Assembly: GCA_900088475.1 (NCBI GenBank)
Contig: FLMG01000988.1
Coordinates: 186,001 to 250,000 of the forward strand
Direction of reading: 5' to 3'
Source of the DNA: Hyphochytrium catenoides
Taxonomy: Eukaryota > Protista > Hyphochytriomycota
DNA length: 64,000 bases
Below, piece by piece: positions 50,832-63,386 of this stretch. A program made the position numbers and the translations under genes. Positions within the stretch are counted from its first letter, which is position 1. Each line of letters opens with the position of its first letter. Below the pieces are notes generated by a model that was not told where the DNA came from, ran no database searches, and saw nothing but the letters and a program-made list of their open reading frames with translations.

Positions 50832-52482
50832 GTTGCCAAGATATGGACGATAATCCTACTTCGTGCTTATGTTCCAGTCAGTTGCTGAAGGGACGGCCTA
50901 GGGAGCTTGCTCTTGACACCAGAAGAAATCTGACTGAAACGATCTCCGTCTCCATCAAAGAAGATCTTGCCTCTTCTTCATTTGGCACCATCACCTGACT
51001 TCAACACCACGAATATCCGAATTTAATGCCACTAAACCTAAGGTTCTCTCACCTTTACCCTATTTTCGGTCCTACGACAGATCTCAAAGACAGCAATAAT
51101 AAGATCTCTCTGCTCCGAACTGCAGATCTGGAGGATGAGTTCCGGCAATTCTCCAAAAAAAAAGTTGTTTCCTGAAGATCTAGGAAGAACTAAGAGAGAA
51201 CAGAGGTGGCATAGAGGCTTATAAATATTACGCGAGATCGTCCGGGATACTCGAGCGTGGTAAGAAGAAAGTGAAGAAGGCGAAAGAAGGCTTCTCCAGA
51301 AATAGGGCAGAAGGAAAAGAGTCCACAGCAGGTTCTGGAGGAGGAGGTCCGGCTTCACGAAGGCTCAGCGGCAGTACTAACAACCTCATTAGATTCAAGA
51401 GGAGAATGATATCTAGAAGGGTCCTTTGTGAAGTAACGAGGAAGGAAGGGGCAAGAAGCTGAGGAGGGAGAAGCAGCAAACAGTCTCCCTCCTCAGAAAC
51501 AGTTGGAGAAGCCGGAAGTCCAAAAAGAGGTGCCAGAGTGGGGGATGTGACGGCGGAGACGCTTTCGAGAACTGGTTGTGGAGACCGAGCCCTGAATAAA
51601 AATGAATTCAGTCGTTGTATGACCTTCCTAGTTTGATAGAGTAACCTTTACAACGTAGAATTGTGAGTCAGGGCCCGTGAGACATGTTCCGGTCAACAGT
51701 CTCATAACAGCCATTGTTTCCGCCACCACCAACGATGCTGGCCTCCTATACACTTGCCATTCACCCCTCTTGCCTCCGTCCGGGAATTTTGGTTGTGCGG
51801 CGGTTCTGCATCTGTTCTGCTGTCTGCTGATAAACAGAGACGCACTGGAAATAACTCTCTGACTTCTAATGGCCTTAGGGAAGAGGTAATTTTATAGAGG
51901 AGGAGAGAGACGTGCCTTTTGAAGGTATGGATTCCTTGTCCTGCCCCGCCACCTAGCTTGTTCATAAACCCGCCATGCCGTTATGCTCGATGCAACTTGC
52001 TATGAACATCAGAATGCTTCACTGAAGGACTGTAAGACATTGTTTCCCTCCGAAAACGTTTGAAGTGGTTAACAATTTCTTAAGGACCTAAGGGCAAGAG
52101 GTCAGCTTGTTTGTAGTCGTCGAGCAGCAAAGGCAAGAGGCAAAGAGTCGGACTGGCAGCGTGGTCAGAGGCTTCGTAGATGCTATGAGGAGCTGGGAAG
52201 TAACTACAAGCCGTGATACTTCCAGCTAGATAGATGCCATTATGCAGCAGCGTAGTAAGAAATGAAAGCGAAGAGGAAGGCCAGCTCTTCATCCAAGGGC
52301 AAGGATAGCATCATCTCAACTATGGAGATTGAGGGGGCTCGGAGGATCACCATAGGAGCTCTTTTCATCCGGCGTGCCTTCCACACGGAACGGTCAAACT
52401 CTTGGGATGGACATGAAGCTGATAAATAGTATTCAGTTTATAAATGTGAACTTCGGACAAGGCTTAACCTTCTGGATAAAGT

Positions 52483-54322
52483 TTATGCAATGTACGGCAG
52501 TGAACTGAAGAACAAGAACTTGATGACAAGGAGTAGGGCTAGTGCATTCACGATGGCCACCATATAGAGCTGGTACGGACTCGGGCTCAACTTCTTCTTA
52601 GTCGTTGGTAACACTCCTTGCACCGGCCGCGGTCGCAGTCGTCCAAGCCTAGTACCTCTAAAGGGAGAGGATGATGAAGACAANNNNNNNNNNNNNNNNN
52701 NNNNNNNNNNNNNNNNNNNNNNNNNNNNNNNNNNNNNNNNNNNNNNNNNNNNNNNNNNNNNNNNNNNNNNNNNNNNNNNNNNNNNNNNNNNNNNNNNNNN
52801 NNNNNNNNNNNNNNTGGGTTTGCTTGAAGCGTTGAAGAGCTCCTTTAATTCTATGAAGCACTTGACCTACGGCTTGCTTAGTGAAGACGTTGATAACCTT
52901 TGGAGAGATGTTAGCGAGCTTCAGATCCGTATTTGTTATGAACTGGAAGCGGACTCTATTTTTCCCCACGAGAGAGAGATGGAAGCCTCCGCTCATCTTG
53001 ATTCGTACATAATCCGCAGTGGTCGGCGGGATCTGGCAGAGGTTACTCTCCATTACGGTGCGGACTAGAATCATCATGGTCTGGTCCTCAAGCATATCCA
53101 CTCCTAAGCCTTCGATTACCCAGTCTCGATTGGCCAGGGGAAGCCAAAACGGAAACTGAGAGAAGGCATGGACAAACATATGCTAGGCATTCCAAGAGGG
53201 AGGCGGCCAAGAAGGGATAAATAGAGAGTGAAGAGGCACAGAGAGAAGCAAATAAAGAGAGAAGCCGGAAAGGTCAGTACATCTATTATGCCTAGAGCAT
53301 CATCAGCTTGATCATCGCCTTACCATGTCGGATTGTTGATGCACCAGACGGCAGCGCGTAAACGGAATCCACTCATGCATGAGATCTGCCTCAGCAAAGA
53401 CGGCAGCTATCTGTAAGAAGTCTGCTTCTATCACGGTCTCACACTTAACCGTATTCACAGCAGAGTCTCCCTCCTGGCGATAGTAAACCTTGACACCGTG
53501 CGCCTCTGACAACAGTGTCCAGCCTCTGTTAGTCTCAAATTGACTTAGCGTGCTCTGCGCCCATGTCGAGTAGTCTCGAACGACTTCTAGAAGTTTCCCT
53601 TTTGCTTTAAGAACCGCCCTCGCCTCCGCTAGTGCTTCTTCGTCTTCAGGACTTCTGGTGGCTTCAACCCGCGATATGCTTTCTTCTAAAAAGTTCAGTC
53701 TAGATCTTGCTAATAGCCATTGGTGGTTATCAGCGCTATTCTCCAGCTCCGTGAGAAGAGTGGGAAGCTTGACCCTTAAATCTTCGACACTGGAAACCGA
53801 ATGCCAGTTGGCCTCGTCACTATTGCCTTCAATGCTGATGAGGCTCTCTATGCTATCGACCCACTCCTTGGCTAGGTTCTCTGATGGTGCCAACAGGTAT
53901 ACCGTCGAGCCCAGCTTGTTATTATGAAGCATGAATTGCCCGCCACCCTTCAGATTGCTATTGCGTGGTCGGAAGTCCCAGCCGTGACTGACCCGCCAAT
54001 TGCTATCGAGGCAAGCCACTATCTGCTTCCGCATCGTGCCCGGAATGACTCTATTCATGGCAATCGGGTTACGCTCGTAGACAAGGTAATTGTTCAAAAG
54101 CGAGAACATCCTCTTCTTCTTCGACTTGATTCTGAGGTTCTTGATCTAGACGAAGTCGGAGGAAAGGGTTAGCTGAAGGGTACGCTGGAAAAAAAGGCAA
54201 TCGAAGTTCTCTAGCAGTAAATGCCTCACCCTGAATGTCCACAGAGGAGAGCGGATAGCTGAGCTGGACGAGCTCTCCATGTCAGTATGTTCCTGTCCCA
54301 TCTCCAAGTCTTGAAGGTCCAT
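52483..54322 (-). CDS. PH-like + START/SRPBCC-like lipid-transfer protein with probable C-terminal TM
   Basis: Exon 54322-54230 splices in frame to 54145. PH features (KKRMFSLLNNYLVYE...VYLLAPSENLAKEWVDSIE) and START features (GWTLLSEAHGVKVYYR, EADLMHEWIPF, FPFWLPLANRDWVI). The TM tail lies beyond an N gap. Confidence 0.72.
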
Positions 54323-55863
54323 CTTCTCACAGAGCTCGATGGACTTCTTGGCCCCTAAGGGGCCTGCGAACTTTGGACAATGCAGGATGGCCGGTGATGA
54401 AGCTCACGCTTGTTTCTGAAGTAGTGCGATAGCGCCGCGTAGCTGGAAAATATTAGTGTCTCCAACTTCAAGGAGGCTATACTCGATGTCTCTTCTCGGT
54501 TTTACTCCTCCGGCATAGAGATACTAAGAAGGTAGGATCTAGCAGTCCAAGAGGACGTATTACGCCGTAGTACCTCTTTCTTTTCCTCCCTTCTCTCTCC
54601 CTCTCTCTCTCTTTGGCTCTCTCTCCCTCTTTCTCCGTCTCTCTCAGGTTGCTATCAGAGTGCGTCCGGATGGGGTTGGCGGGTTGAAGACTAAAGTGGA
54701 CGAAGCTTCAGTTTTGCTTGTTGAGAAGTGCGAGCCTCAGAGCTTGTGATGATGGTCAGGACAGGATGATGGGTGTCAAACTCCTTTTCTTTGCCGTGTG
54801 CTGCTCTGCTTGTCTCTTCCCATGCTTCACATCTGCATAGCCCTGCTCTTCTTCTCTCGCTGCTGCAGGTTGTAGGTCCGGCTCGCGCCATCCATGATGC
54901 AATCTCTCTTCTTCTGAGGCACTCTCTCTCTGTGTCTTGCTTCCTACTCTGACTTGCACCCTTCGCAGCCTCTGTCTCGCGGGAAGACGTCTCTCTCCCC
55001 GACTCTCATACCCGAGAAGTTTGAGTATTAAAGGCTATAGCTCGGCTCTGTCTTGCTTCATTCTTGTATCTATCCGATAGGGTGAATAAATCTCTGCCTT
55101 CCCTGTGTCTGCTCTCTGTTGCGGCCCTTTGAAACATAGGAAGCCGTCTGATGATGGCTTCACAGGGCCTACACGCCCCCTTGCTTATCTAAACATACTT
55201 ATCTGTCCAAACGCTTATTGCAACCCACCCATCCCTTTGGCCTTCAGAAAGTTCGGATGTTGGCCTTCTTTCTTTCGGTACTTTTTGGGACAGCTTCAAC
55301 TGGAGAGACAGAGTGCAAGTTATATATATTTTGTTGATAGCTATTATTTGCCTTTATGGGAGACAGAGTAGCGAGAGATCTGCGCTTCTGATTGGATGTG
55401 AGACAGTGGAGGTAGACGGGGCCAGTGAAGGCTCCGTCCCAGTGACCTTGTGTATGTACAAGCAAGTTCCTTCAAATGGGAAAGGCCACAAACAGCACTA
55501 AATGATGGCCTTGTAGAACTACTTCTAGCTGTAACAGCCTCCCTACTCTTCTACTGGTCGAAACACATGGCAGCACTCCAGAAAGAACGAATACAATCAT
55601 CATCACAGAACCTTTGTGATCAGGACAAAATTTTCTGATGTCTGGCGCCATGCCATCACAGTGATGACCCCACAATAATAAAGGACCTACTTGTACAACC
55701 AGACCTTCAACTCCTAAACCCTAGCCCTATCGTGAATAAAAGTAGCAAATATCTAGTAATACACAGCTCTGATACACCCGTATTCCTTGATAGGAGTATC
55801 CCTTGTAGAGAGGAGTAACTCATTCTCAAGAACCCAAATTGTCAATCGTTGGGCTGACCTGTT

Positions 55864-55935
55864 GGCTGTTTGGTCTAGTGGTATGATTCTCGCTTCGGGT
55901 GCGAGAGGTCTCGGGTTCAATTCCCGGAACAGCCC
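55864..55935 (+). tRNA. tRNA-Pro(CGG)
   Basis: GGCTGTT/AACAGCC acceptor stem, TGGTCTAGTGG A box, CTCGC-TTCGGGT-GCGAG anticodon arm, GGTTCAATTCC B box; 72 nt. Confidence 0.96.
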
Positions 55936-55938
55936 ATA

Positions 55939-55943
55939 TTTTT
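55939..55943 (+). terminator. Pol III oligo-T terminator of tRNA-Pro
   Basis: TTTTT beginning 4 nt after the discriminator base. Confidence 0.7.
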
Positions 55944-57767
55944 CTCCCTTGTACATTCACTTTTTGAAGGTCTTGTAGTGGGTTGTTTGATATCTTTCCT
56001 TTGGCCATCGCTGCTCTGTCTGGTCCGTTATTACTCTGTCTGCCCTGCGACAGCACGAATGTCGTCTCTCCTGTCCTCTCCTCCTTTGTACCTCCAGACT
56101 TTAGATCATCATCATCATTCCTCATTATCAGCACCATCGGTCGCAGCTCAAGCATCCGCAGTGGCACCATCAAGCTTCCTTCCGCTGCCGCTGCTTGTGC
56201 GCGTCTACTGGGTCACCCTCAAGAAGAGATGACCTGCAGATCTTGGCTTGATAAGGAGAGTAGAGCAAGAAGCACGTGGCCATGGCTGCTACTAGCTTTT
56301 TCGTCCCTTGTTTTCTTCGCTCGTCATCCTCCTTGTGGGCTATTTTGCAGCAGGCTGCTGCTGCTACTGCTTCTTCTACGCGGGCGTGGTGCCGGGACTG
56401 TTGAGTGGTGGGTGCTGCTCTTCTCACAACCAGCCACAAGATCTTTGTAGTTCTCCAATAGCGAGTTGTAGGTACATCATCGCTCTTTACCTGTAAGTTA
56501 TTAGCGTCCTACCAACACTACCATCAACATAACCGTCGTGGCATTGCCGCTGCCTTCGCTGATGATGCCGTCAGTGCCTCGTCATCTCGGTCGATCTACC
56601 TTGATTTACTTGACAACAGATATCGTGCTGTTATATCTTTCTGAGTTGCGAGACCTGAATCTCTTCTACTGTTGTCATAGCATGGCACCTTCACTACTCT
56701 TACTTCGTGGGCACCAGCAATAATGAGGCTAGAACCATAGTAGGGACACGCACTATTGGCGCTACCCTTATTCTTTTTATAGAAAGTCATCCAAGTGCCG
56801 CACATACCATCAAGGACAGATCCAGAAGAAGGGCAGAGTCCTGTTGTGAGATTGACGCTGAGCTAGAAGTGTGTTACCCAAGTTCATGATGGTGCCGCAA
56901 TCCTCCTTTTTTACCTCTCACGCCAGGCGAAGCACAATTGCCGAGAAGAAACAGAATCCAGAAATAAGGCAATGGTAGGCAACAGAAAGGGCAGCAGTCG
57001 CCCCTCCGTGCAGGTCATCATTTTGTCTGACTCCGTAGCAGGATGTGTCAAGCAACCATCCCAAGTACGCTGCCTCTGGGATCTAACCTTCGATAGGACC
57101 TCGTTGCCTGTTCTACCTTTCTGAAGTCACGACTGCTCTCTTCTCTTGCATCTCCCGTGACGGTGGGACGTCTTCTTGCCAATTCCGTAGCTGCGATGGG
57201 AAGGGCGAATTACTGTCATGTGGGGCAGGCGCAATAATCAGGCGTCGATGCCTTCTTCCTCTCGGTTACTTCTTGTATTTTTTGAACTCCCAATCCTTGA
57301 GAAAGAGTGATAGACCCAGCAAGAAAAAGAAGAGAGCCCTTAGCACAGGAGAAGAAGAGGTGCGATCGCAGGTACTGCTGGCCGAGGGACAGGAAGACAG
57401 CAAGATGATTGCTGAGGGTCCTCTGACCTACCTAACTCTGTCAAGAATCTTCTCCCACGGCCACCCTAATAGATTGTCTCGGATCAAGGCAGTATTCGGC
57501 CACGTGCATGTCAATAGTACTTAGTAAGCTAAGTGCCAAGCACGATAGACCAAGAGACGGTGAGCTATGATACGAAGTAGTAAGGAAGANNNNNNNNNNN
57601 NNNNNNNNNNNNNNNNNNNNNNCGTCCTTACCCTTCTGATAAGGAAAGAAGCCGCTCGACAGGAAAGCAGTCAGAGATGGAAGAAGAAGGAAGAAAGGGA
57701 TGAATGATGGTGGCCACCTTCAAAAATAAATATCTAGTTTCCCTTTTTCGGTAAACGCGCCTGGTGC

Positions 57768-58808
57768 TCATGTCTGCAGGAGGCTTGGCATAGCAGAGAA
57801 CCCCTGCTGGGTGCCAGTAACTGCCATTCGGTCAACAGCTTTAGACAAAGCGGTTGTCGTAGGCGCTTGTGATGAAGCTGTGACTGCAGAGCTCATCAGC
57901 GTAGCTGACGACGTCAATGAGGTTGATGATGATGCCTCCGGTGACTGTTGGGCTGATGGTGATGTTAGCTTCTTGGCACCTCTTGGTGCCTCCTCAAAGA
58001 GGTCGAGCAACCAATCTAGACACTCGTCTTCTTCAGTAAAGTAAGACATGCTATTAAACAGGAATGCCTCGTCCTCAGGAAGTGGTAAAGCCGAAGATGA
58101 AGGTGAATGGCAGGCATCACCCATCATCAAGGTCCGTAGTCTCTTGTATTGGCCCTGGGAGAACTCTATGGGCGAGAGAAACGAGTATTCGTCTCCGCGT
58201 TCTGCCAGCGAATCGAAGTGCTTAATAAATAATGAGTCCATCATCAAGTCTGCCCCCTTTCCGTCTTCTGCACCTGAGAGGCTCAGGCCCGAGGAGGATA
58301 CCTCCGTGCCTGCTCCTCTGCCTCCTCCCAGAAGGGTCGCGCTTGCAATTGAAGTAGGGGACACAGCAGGCGGCGTCATTGCGGAAGATGGGCGCTTCTT
58401 TCCTATAGCTGAGGAAGACATGAGTCCTAGTGAAAGCGGGGGAGGAGCCTTCAAAGTCGTCTGGAGCTTTTTGGCTGCTGAGGAAGATTCTAGCAATAAG
58501 GTTCGGCTCATATTATGAGAGCCCACGCCTCCGCCCTGAAGTGCTAGCTTGTCCCTCCGCGCCAGAGTTCGAAAGTACTTGGTAGCGTGTGTCCGGACCT
58601 GAGTGGGGTTGCGTGTGGGAATCATCTCAGCGATAAGCTTCCACCGAGTCTTCTCGCTCTCAGGAACCTTCTCCAGTGCTCTTAGGAACGCACTGTGTTC
58701 AGCCTCCGACCATGCTCCGACAATCTTTTCTTGTGTCTTCTTTCTGGACCGGGAGGATGACGAGCCCAAGCTCTTCCTTCCGGTTATTCCTAGCGTTGAT
58801 GGGGCCAT
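57768..58808 (-). CDS. Single-repeat MYB (SHAQKYF class) transcription factor, intronless
   Basis: GAWSEAEHSAFLRAL...RWKLIAEMIPTRNPTQVRTHATKYF followed by an S-rich/acidic tail; 346-aa ORF. Confidence 0.9.
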   Translation of the reverse strand: MAPSTLGITGRKSLGSSSSRSRKKTQEKIVGAWSEAEHSAFLRALEKVPESEKTRWKLIAEMIPTRNPTQVRTHATKYFRTLARRDKLALQGGGVGSHNMSRTLLLESSSAAKKLQTTLKAPPPLSLGLMSSSAIGKKRPSSAMTPPAVSPTSIASATLLGGGRGAGTEVSSSGLSLSGAEDGKGADLMMDSLFIKHFDSLAERGDEYSFLSPIEFSQGQYKRLRTLMMGDACHSPSSSALPLPEDEAFLFNSMSYFTEEDECLDWLLDLFEEAPRGAKKLTSPSAQQSPEASSSTSLTSSATLMSSAVTASSQAPTTTALSKAVDRMAVTGTQQGFSAMPSLLQT

Positions 58809-61800
58809 GACAGTCTAACTTGGTTTTTTTTAGGGGTCTAAGAGCAGTGATCAGGAAAGTAAAGGAAGGAAGATAGGAGACAAGGAGAAAGAAGAGAAAG
58901 GGGAAGAGGATTCCCGTGGTGGGTTACTTGTTTTCTTGGAAACGGGGAAATGATGAACTGAGGCCGAGCAGAAAGGCGGACACCACTACGAAGCGCGGGG
59001 CGCTGGCGCGAACAACAGGAAGTGAAGGTAAGGAGGGGCTCTCTGCTCCTTTCTGTGGGGAGAGATCAACTATGGCCCTCGAATCGATCGGTGATGGCAG
59101 GGAGCTATGGAGGCAGCAGGAACGTGGGCGGCTCTCCAGCAGGTCTCCTCTGCTGCCTTGTGAAGCTGACTCCTTTTTCAAAAGAGGAGGGAAAGATTTC
59201 AAAGACAGAAGGCGGTTAGGAAGGACATCTCTCTGTTCTTTACCTCTCCCCTTCTCTTTCCTCTCTCGCGTTCTCTTTCTGCTCACCTTCTATAAGAAGC
59301 CTAACCATAATAGGCCCAAGGACCATAGAAGCAGCAGGGCCACCAGCTCATAAAAACCAGCTAGAGCTCTCAACTCTCTCCCTCTCTCTCTCCTTCTTTC
59401 ACTCTCTCTCTTGAACAGATACAATCCTGCCTTTGCCCACATTAAGAATCCCCAACAAGGATGTGATACACTTCTGGTTCTCTCTTTCTCTCTCACCGAT
59501 CTTTGATGACTCGTAAGGTCAAACAGAACCTTACCCAGACAACCTCTGCTTGCCACAAGCCTCTACGCGCCCCGAGCTATTTTTTGAAAGTCTGAGGATG
59601 AGGCGACGTAACAAGCAATGGCTGCAGGCCCAAAGGTGTGCTGGATGGACCAATATAAAAGACCCTAAGAATCTTGGTCGCGTTAATGTCTAAGACTCGT
59701 CTGTCTCTCACACTCGTCCTATAAATAGTCTAGCCTCCAGCACCTATGTGGTGCCTCTACCACTCTTCTTTTGGGGGCTCTGAGGGGGACTGTGGTCAAC
59801 TCTGTTGAGAAGGAAAGCCAAGGCAAGTTTTTTCTAGGAACATGTTCGATGAGACAGTTATAAGTAGTCAGGAAAAGTAACAGCGGGCTCTTTCAAGAGT
59901 TGGCCATAAAGGTGGAAGTGCAAGCCAGAGGAAGAGCCAATAGCAACCGTCACTAGATGCAGACTGGGGCTTTGCTGGCCTTCAGTTTGGGCTACCCGTC
60001 CCACCGGTGGGACAGGTAGAGCATTCTTGAGCTACTGGAATGTCACCGCTTCTCTTAGCCTTGCCCAAACTTGACCCTTTTGCTTGATGCGGGGTAGGAA
60101 GCTTGCTCCTCACTAGTGCTCTCTACATACTATCGTTGCCGTTTTCCTCACTCTCTTCTTGCTTGGGCCGATTCCCTGCACATGTAGATGGAAAAAGTGA
60201 AGTTGAAGCAGCAGGTGAACAGAAGAGTTTACAAGTTCTGCTCTGTTCTTTGTCCATAGATCAAGGGCACTTCAACCGCTGGCTGGATGAGAAGCAACCA
60301 GAAATATATGAGAAACATGGCAGGTGTGATGAGCAAGAACCATAAAGAGGAGGAGGTAGCCAGAGGAAAATGGAACAGAGCGGCCAAGAGGGAGAGCCTC
60401 TGAGGTGGCCAAAGAATCATTCCTTCTTTCTCCCACAAAGACAGGGAAGTGTGACTGGGGCTCTTGAAAGCTCGCTGTGGGGATGTGGGGAGCAATGGCT
60501 GTCATTATTGACAAAGCTGTGCATTTTGCTGTCTGTCTGACAGAGAAACACTTTCCCCCCAGTGCCGCTCTCTTGAGTAATATCTTTGGAAGAACTCTTC
60601 TCATTGCTTCAAGTCAAGAGGATAGGACAAGGAGACAGTTCCACCGCCTGACCAATCCTACCCTTCTTTCCACTTTTTCTCACTCTATCTTCTTCGCTTG
60701 TTACCATGCCCATCATCTTGTTACTTCTGCCTGCTCTCCACTCTTCTCTCCACCGTCGTTATTAGACTGCTGTGCGGCTGTGGCTTGTTGGCTGGCCAAG
60801 AAGGCTCATTATCCTATAGCTTTGGCTGCATTATGTTGGAGACTCATCATAGAGAGAAGATCCTGCAGCTGTTGGCACTCCGCCATCATCTCTGTCACTC
60901 TTCGCATCAGCATCTCCGTGCATCGTCACCACCAACACGGCCAAGCCCACAATAGACGATACCGAGAGAGAGAGCGACGAAGAGGTAGCAGTCTTAAGAG
61001 ACAGAGGAAAGAGGAAAGATGGTCTATATCACGAGGTGAGGTTACTTTAGCACAAACAAGAGACGTTCTCAGTGACAGAGCAGAACGTTAATGAGTTAGA
61101 GGTTAGCAAGATATAGAGCTAGAGAGACAGATAAGGAGAGTAAGATGGTCGAGAAACAGTGCAGTGGAGGTGGTGCTGTAAGGCCGAAAAAGGCTCTTTC
61201 AAAGCTTAATACAAATTCTTAGAGGGAGATCGGAATTGTGGCTAGTGGTCTGTAGTAATAATGGAGAGACCTCGTAGGGATGTTACAATGGAGGAGCTGT
61301 AATAATAGTGGAGGACTTGTACTTCAACTTGATTCCTTCTCCTAGTTCTGTAGTAATACATACCAGTAACTAAATAAAAATACATAGGGGGATTCTATGA
61401 CTAGGGGGCTTTAGGGGTGACAGGAGACTGGGTTGTGTTGAACTCCCTATTGCTTTTATTCCTAGTCTAGATCTTTGTCAAGCTCTTTCACCATTTCTAT
61501 ACATCTCTATACATGGTTACATAGCAAGAAGAGGAGTGAAGGAATAATAGTGGAATAGGGAAGAAGCAGCAGTATCTATCGGGCTTTACACGCCCTCCAT
61601 AATCCATGGCCGCTCCGATATAAAGTTTGGTCCTCTTATTATAAAAAGTATCAAAAAGTGGATAAGGCCTTACGGAAGCCTCACTTTCTCCAATTTTGGA
61701 AACCTTTTCTGTAACTTCCATAAAAACCTAAAAGCCTCTGTTCCTGCTTGGAACATCATTGCAGACGGTAGAAATGGACGCTGTCGCCCCCATTTCGGTC

Positions 61801-63386
61801 AAGTTGGGCGGACATCAAGAACGAGAAAACAGAACTCTAGGTACGACCGATACGACGGACAAATGGTCGGAAAGGAGAGCCAATATAATAATTATACTGG
61901 ACTAATACGCGTTCAACGCAAAGATCCCAACGAAGTATAATACCTTGTTTAAAGGAACCGCACCTGTCTGACAATCAAGAGGATAGGGGTTAACAGAAGG
62001 GGGGCCCTAGCTTGGTTCCCAAGCGGAGGTTTTGTGTAGCTCTTCATCGCGCTCGCCGGTCATGCTGCCCAAAGAGCTCAGAAGTCCAGCGGTGAAAATT
62101 TGAAGAGAGGAAGGTGATAACAGGTGGGACAATAAGAGGAGGAGAGAGAGGAGGAGAAACTGCAACACAATGCCAGCGCTCTTTCAGGTCACTCCTCAGG
62201 AGCTGCATTCTTGAGATGCAATAGCTCGGAAAGGTATATATCCTGCATCTTCCTTAAACTTGAGCCTCTCAGTAGATAAATTTTGGGCCTCTGTTGGTTG
62301 TTAGGAGTTATGATTCTTAGCTGTCCCTAAGAAAGTGTACTTCCAGAACTATGTCTGTCTGATAAATAGAGAAGTTTGTGGGCACTTTTTCTCGTTCCTT
62401 CTACAGTACCTGGCCCTGTACGCTTTGGACCGACGAAAGTGGCCTCTAATGGTGGCGGAAAGTGTGAGCGCATGCCGCGTCTTTTGGATTTGCTGACTAG
62501 ATGATGTCCTTTTATAAAAGCCACAACTTTATACCCAGTTCACAACAGCTATACTAGGTTTTAAAGATAGCGATGACAGTTAGGCCACAAATGGCATGGT
62601 CTAAAGTCCGGTCGTGAGCGAATAAGCAGGACCAACAAGGTTGGTGGAGCGCGGTATAACTTCTGTTAGTTGGCCAAAGAGTATTGCCCTCGTTGTCAGG
62701 CTCTTAGCCTCTTGAAATATGGTTCAACCACTTGATGTTGTTTGAGATGCTGATGTAAGGTTAACTTTTAGTGCGAAGCTGATGGGGAATGGTAGCCGCG
62801 CCTTCGATAGTTCATCGGTACGACAGACTTCCTAATAATCGTTATCTCAAACTGTGAAAGAAGGGAGTGAGGCTTGAAGCTCGTGCAGTACTTCTGAGTT
62901 TGATGACAGCAGTAGGAAAGGGCCGCGTCATTCCAGTCGACATGGCCATAGAACTATTCCGAGGTGTCCTGAGTAGTAGTAGAAGATGCGATGGGTCCAA
63001 CGGTTTTATCCCTCTTCATTTTCTGCCAAGGCAGCCAAACTGCTGTCAGATGGCTTCATAGAGTATCGTCTTCGTTGGCCTCACTGTCTGACGTGATGAG
63101 GACGGGGCGAAACAAGCTTCATCAGCTCAGACGACTGACAACTGGAAAGCAATGATGATATCTCCCTCAATATTTTATATAGAAAAGGTAGCCATTTTAC
63201 TCGGGGAACCTTTTAGCACCCCCGCTGGGTGACGGACACCGAGGTCGTGGGAGCGATGATAACGGAATGCGGATATTTTTTTGTTAGACTTGATGGTCTC
63301 GCCTCGTCCTTTCATTCAACTTTAGAGGTAGAAGTACACCGATAAATAGCTAAGGGGGGCAGTAGTCCCTTGGACCTTACTATTGT

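Noticed and set aside
51038-51600. P/S-rich minus-strand frames suggestive of a retroelement linker
   Set aside because: No gag, integrase, RT or LTR features found nearby.
55713-55729. Telomere-like CCTAAACCCTAGCCCT
   Set aside because: About two degenerate units; expected by chance.
56540-56645. AAAFADDAV resembling the non-LTR reverse transcriptase (Y/F)ADD motif
   Set aside because: Short frame closed by stops; no convincing upstream QG..LSP motif or other RT blocks.
63183-63214. Stem-loop with GCCATTTTAC similar to U5 snRNA loop I
   Set aside because: Does not match the invariant GCCTTTTAC loop and the loop is not closed by the expected stem.
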